DNA from: Bacteroidales bacterium | GTDB lineage: Bacteria; Bacteroidota; Bacteroidia; Bacteroidales; UBA12077 | Assembly: GCA_028282585.1 (NCBI GenBank) | Contig: JANQHR010000125.1 | Location: 1-38,501 of the forward strand | Length of the DNA stretch: 38,501 bases | Reading direction: 5' to 3' | In this document: piece after piece, positions 35,397-38,501 of the stretch | How the letters are laid out: every line of letters starts with the position of its first letter | Numbering within the stretch: the stretch's first letter is position 1 | Notes under the pieces: generated by a model | Told to the model about the DNA's origin: nothing | What the model saw: the letters and a program-made list of their open reading frames with translations, nothing else | Databases searched by the model: none | Position numbers and translations under genes: made by a program

Positions 35397-38321
35397 TTAC
35401 TTTAATGCATCATATAAAACCTCCACCGGGTGCAATGCTGTTTTTCCTGTCCCATCTTTAATCTGGTGGCGGCAACTGGTTCCCGGGGCAGCAATTAATA
35501 CATTATTTTTTGCTTCGCGCACTGCCGGAAATAATACCATCTCCCCAATTTTCATGGAAACATCATAGTGTTCCTTTTCATACCCAAATGAGCCTGCCAT
35601 TCCGCAACAACCGGATGAAATTTCTTCAACACTGTAATTTTCGGGAAATGACAATAGAAATTTGGTCGGATCTGTGGATGCTACTGCTTTTTGCTGGCAA
35701 TGACCATGCAGCTTAATTTTTCTCTCTTCGGTTTTGAAAGCTTCCCGGTCAATGTTTCCGGCTTCCATTTCCCGTTTAAGGAACTCATCAATCATTAAAG
35801 CATTTTTACCTAATTTAACCGTTGTTTCTTTTAATCCGCTTCCAACCAAATCAGGGTATTCATCGCGAAAAGTTAAGATAGCCGAAGGTTCTATTCCCAC
35901 CAAAGGTGATTTCTCTGAAATAATACCTTTCAAGAAATTCACATTTTTAATCGCAATCCTTTTGGCTTTTCTCACCAAGCCCTTTGAAAGATATGTTCTT
36001 CCGCTATCAATATGTTTTGGAATAACAACTTCATAGCCTAAACGAGTTAGTAACCGAACAGTTTTAATTCCAATATCTGTATCGTTATAATTGGTAAATT
36101 CGTCGTTAAATAAATAAACCTTTCCTATACTTTGTTGATTTTCCTTTAATTCAGCTAAATAACTTTTCATCCATTTAGTTAATGTTCGCTTACCCAGTAA
36201 AGGCATACTTCTTTGTGGAGCAAAACCAATTAATTTCATCATAAATGATGAAACAGATTTGTTTTTCATCAAAACATTATAAAACATTGGCCAAACAGAA
36301 GCTAATTTATTTATTTCTGTTATATAAGCAATTAATCTTGATCGTAATGGAATTCCATTTGAATCATAATAATGTTGCAAGAATTCTGCTTTTAATTTGG
36401 CAACATCAACGCTTGATGGACATTCAGATTTACAAGCTTTGCACGATAAACATAGATCCATTACTTCTTTAATTTCAGGATAGTCGAACGGATTTTTCTT
36501 TGATGAAATAGTTAAGAATTCTCTTAAAATATTTGCCCTTGCACGTGTTACATCATTTTCATTACGTGTAGCCATATAGCTTGGACACATAGTTCCTCCT
36601 ATCATCTCTGTTTTACGACAATCTCCACTCCCATTACATTTTTCTGTAGCCCTAACGATCCCTCCATCTTTAGAAAAATCGAATACAGTTTCAATTTCCG
36701 GTTCACTCCGATCTGTTTCATATCTTAAATTGGAAGTCATGGACGGAACGTTAACAATTTTACCAGGGTTAAAAATATTATTGGGATCCCAAACAGATTT
36801 AAGCTCTTGTAACAACTTGTAATTCCTTTCGCCAACCACAATTGGAATGAACTCTCCTCTTACCCGCCCGTCACCATGTTCACCGCTCATCGATCCCTTA
36901 TACTTCTTTACCAAATGAGCAATTTCAACACCAATGGTTCGGAACATTTCAACATCCTTTGAATCCTTTAAGTTCAGTATTGGGCGCAAATGCAATTCTC
37001 CGGAACCTATATGGGCATGATAAACACATTCCAATTGATGTTTCTCAAGAATTTTTTGGAAATCATCCATATAATCCGGTAAAACTTCAACGTTTACAGC
37101 TGTGTCTTCGATTATCGAAACTGGTTTTGCATCTCCTTCCATGTTGGATAAGACACCTAACCCTGATTTTCTCAGGGCCCATACCTTTTTTGTATCTTCA
37201 TTATAAATTATAGGAAAGTGATAACCAAACCCTGAACTTTTTAAATCCTTAATTAAGACGTTACATATTTGGTTTATTTCTTCAATTGTATTTCTGGCAA
37301 ATTCAATAATTAATACTGCTTCCGGATCTCCTTCCACAAAAAAGCGATTCTTTAATTGATCTCGGTTTCCTTTAGTTAAATTAAGAATGGTGTTATCCAT
37401 CATCTCAACGGCTCCAGGCATATGCTTTAATGCTATTAAGTTAGCTTTAAATGCCTCTTCTTTCGTTTTAAAGTGTGCCGCTACGACTGCCACTTCATTT
37501 GGTGGGATATCAACTAAATTCAGCTTTATTTCGGTAATTATCCCTAATGTTCCTTCCGATCCACAAATTAAATTGGAAAAGTTAAATTGCTTTTCAGAAT
37601 CTGTAAATGGTTCTGATTCCAATAACAAATCGATAGCATATCCGGTATTTCTTCTGTAAATAAATGGATCTGGATATTCTTTACGAATTTCTTGTTGATT
37701 TTCCGGATCGGATAATAATCCATTTACGTGCTTATAAATAGTATTTTCCAGTAGGTTCCCTTCAAGTTTACTTTCAAATTCATTTTTACTAATTGCAGCA
37801 AATTCAACTTCCCTTCCATCACTAAGAATAACTTTGGTTGCTAAAGTATGGTCTCTAGTTGTGCCATATATAATTGAGTGCGAACCACATGCATTATTTC
37901 CCACCATTCCTCCAATCATACACCGATTGGCAGTTGATGTTTCCGGGCCAAAAAATAAACCATGCGGTTTTAGAAATATGTTCAGTTCATCAAGAATTAC
38001 TCCTGGTTGAACTTTTATCCATCGCTCCTTTTTATTTAATTCCAATATTTCGGTAAAATACTTCGAAACATCCACAACAATTCCATCTCCAACAACCTGT
38101 CCTGCCAAAGAAGTTCCAGCCGTTCTTGGTATTAATGATGTTTTATGTTCGTTTGCAAAAGCAATTAATTTTTTTAAATCACTTTTGTCTTTCGGACGAG
38201 CAACTGCTATAGGTAATTCTCTATAGGCAGATGCATCGGTCGCATATAATATCTTTGTTTTTTGGTCAGTATATAAGTCACCCTTTAAATTTTTGGCTAA
38301 CTCCTTTAGTTTATTTAGCAT
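35397..38321 (-). CDS. FAD-binding and Fe-S-binding oxidoreductase (GlcD/YdiJ-like 2-hydroxyacid dehydrogenase)
   Basis: YATDASAY, RTAGTSLAGQ, GSEGTLG, GEHGDGR; Cys clusters CNGSGDC, CLSCKACKSECP, HGHC, CCGMAG. Confidence 0.92.
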   Translation of the reverse strand: MLNKLKELAKNLKGDLYTDQKTKILYATDASAYRELPIAVARPKDKSDLKKLIAFANEHKTSLIPRTAGTSLAGQVVGDGIVVDVSKYFTEILELNKKERWIKVQPGVILDELNIFLKPHGLFFGPETSTANRCMIGGMVGNNACGSHSIIYGTTRDHTLATKVILSDGREVEFAAISKNEFESKLEGNLLENTIYKHVNGLLSDPENQQEIRKEYPDPFIYRRNTGYAIDLLLESEPFTDSEKQFNFSNLICGSEGTLGIITEIKLNLVDIPPNEVAVVAAHFKTKEEAFKANLIALKHMPGAVEMMDNTILNLTKGNRDQLKNRFFVEGDPEAVLIIEFARNTIEEINQICNVLIKDLKSSGFGYHFPIIYNEDTKKVWALRKSGLGVLSNMEGDAKPVSIIEDTAVNVEVLPDYMDDFQKILEKHQLECVYHAHIGSGELHLRPILNLKDSKDVEMFRTIGVEIAHLVKKYKGSMSGEHGDGRVRGEFIPIVVGERNYKLLQELKSVWDPNNIFNPGKIVNVPSMTSNLRYETDRSEPEIETVFDFSKDGGIVRATEKCNGSGDCRKTEMIGGTMCPSYMATRNENDVTRARANILREFLTISSKKNPFDYPEIKEVMDLCLSCKACKSECPSSVDVAKLKAEFLQHYYDSNGIPLRSRLIAYITEINKLASVWPMFYNVLMKNKSVSSFMMKLIGFAPQRSMPLLGKRTLTKWMKSYLAELKENQQSIGKVYLFNDEFTNYNDTDIGIKTVRLLTRLGYEVVIPKHIDSGRTYLSKGLVRKAKRIAIKNVNFLKGIISEKSPLVGIEPSAILTFRDEYPDLVGSGLKETTVKLGKNALMIDEFLKREMEAGNIDREAFKTEERKIKLHGHCQQKAVASTDPTKFLLSFPENYSVEEISSGCCGMAGSFGYEKEHYDVSMKIGEMVLFPAVREAKNNVLIAAPGTSCRHQIKDGTGKTALHPVEVLYDALK

Positions 38322-38365
38322 TTCATTATTTGATTAAATTGCAGTAAAAATACTAACATAAAAAG

Positions 38366-38396
38366 AAAGCAGATGTTTTTACACCTGCTTTTTTTA
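38366..38396. terminator. Terminator-like hairpin next to the IS end
   Basis: AAAGCAG-A-TGT-TTTT-ACA-C-CTGCTTT followed by a T-run. Confidence 0.55.
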
Positions 38397-38404
38397 TTTT
38401 AAAT

Positions 38405-38501
38405 TGTCTCGTCCTGAAATAGCGTTACAAAAAAAGTAATGTTATGAAAGAAAAAAGTGAAAACAAGTATGTTAGGCGAACACAAAAGGACTATTCCTTG
38501 T
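38405..38501 (+). mobile_element. Left end of an IS3-family insertion sequence (truncated by the window edge)
   Basis: Begins 5'-TG (TGTCTCGTCCTGAAATAGCGTTACA), IRL-like; followed by an ORF resembling Bacteroidota IS3 OrfA. Confidence 0.7.
38444..38501 (+). CDS. IS3-family transposase OrfA, N-terminal fragment
   Basis: MKEKSENKYVRRTQKDYSL; the (K/R)RTQ(K/R)DYS motif is recalled from IS3 OrfA HTH proteins; runs off the window. Confidence 0.68.
   Translation, partial: MKEKSENKYVRRTQKDYSL

Noticed and set aside
3337-38056. Short ORFs in the track that lie antisense to the main genes (e.g. 3337-3573, 10056-10490, 11956-12318, 16375-16692, 23597-23941, 25190-25627, 35510-38056)
   Set aside because: They overlap well-supported genes on the opposite strand and have no recognisable motifs; shadow ORFs
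1-38501. CRISPR array, tRNA, rRNA, prophage or defence genes
   Set aside because: No regularly spaced repeats, cloverleaf or rRNA-like sequence, or phage/defence protein motifs were seen

Overview
AT-rich (roughly 30% GC by eye) chromosomal segment from a Bacteroidota bacterium, probably Bacteroidales/Marinilabiliales-like. The assignment rests on TAnnTTTG promoters, near absence of Shine-Dalgarno sites, and typical gene families such as DUF4293, DUF5916 and 'NPAESLRYE' permeases. It holds 29 intact CDS. Peptide and amino-acid catabolism: M57, M13 and C69 peptidases, an alpha/beta hydrolase, rocD and ltaE. Pyrimidine synthesis: an eamA-yigZ-pyrB-pyrI operon behind a putative attenuator. Signalling: a membrane AraC, a LytS/LytTR pair, an orphan TPR kinase, a sigma54 two-component system flanked by two MacB/FtsX permeases, and HxlR. 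There is also an FAD/Fe-S oxidoreductase, and the left end of an IS3-family element at the right edge. The best candidate for an undescribed system is 27577-30039. It has a putative promoter and a structured ~140-nt leader whose 5' part and four-way-junction layout resemble, but do not match, a SAM-I riboswitch. An 18-bp palindrome follows, then a KamA-family PLP radical-SAM enzyme whose lysine-recognition residues are replaced (R134->K, D293->M, D330->Y relative to C. subterminale KamA), and a Mer-like LLM oxidoreductase. No rRNA, tRNA or CRISPR array was seen. All family calls come from motif recognition, not database searches.
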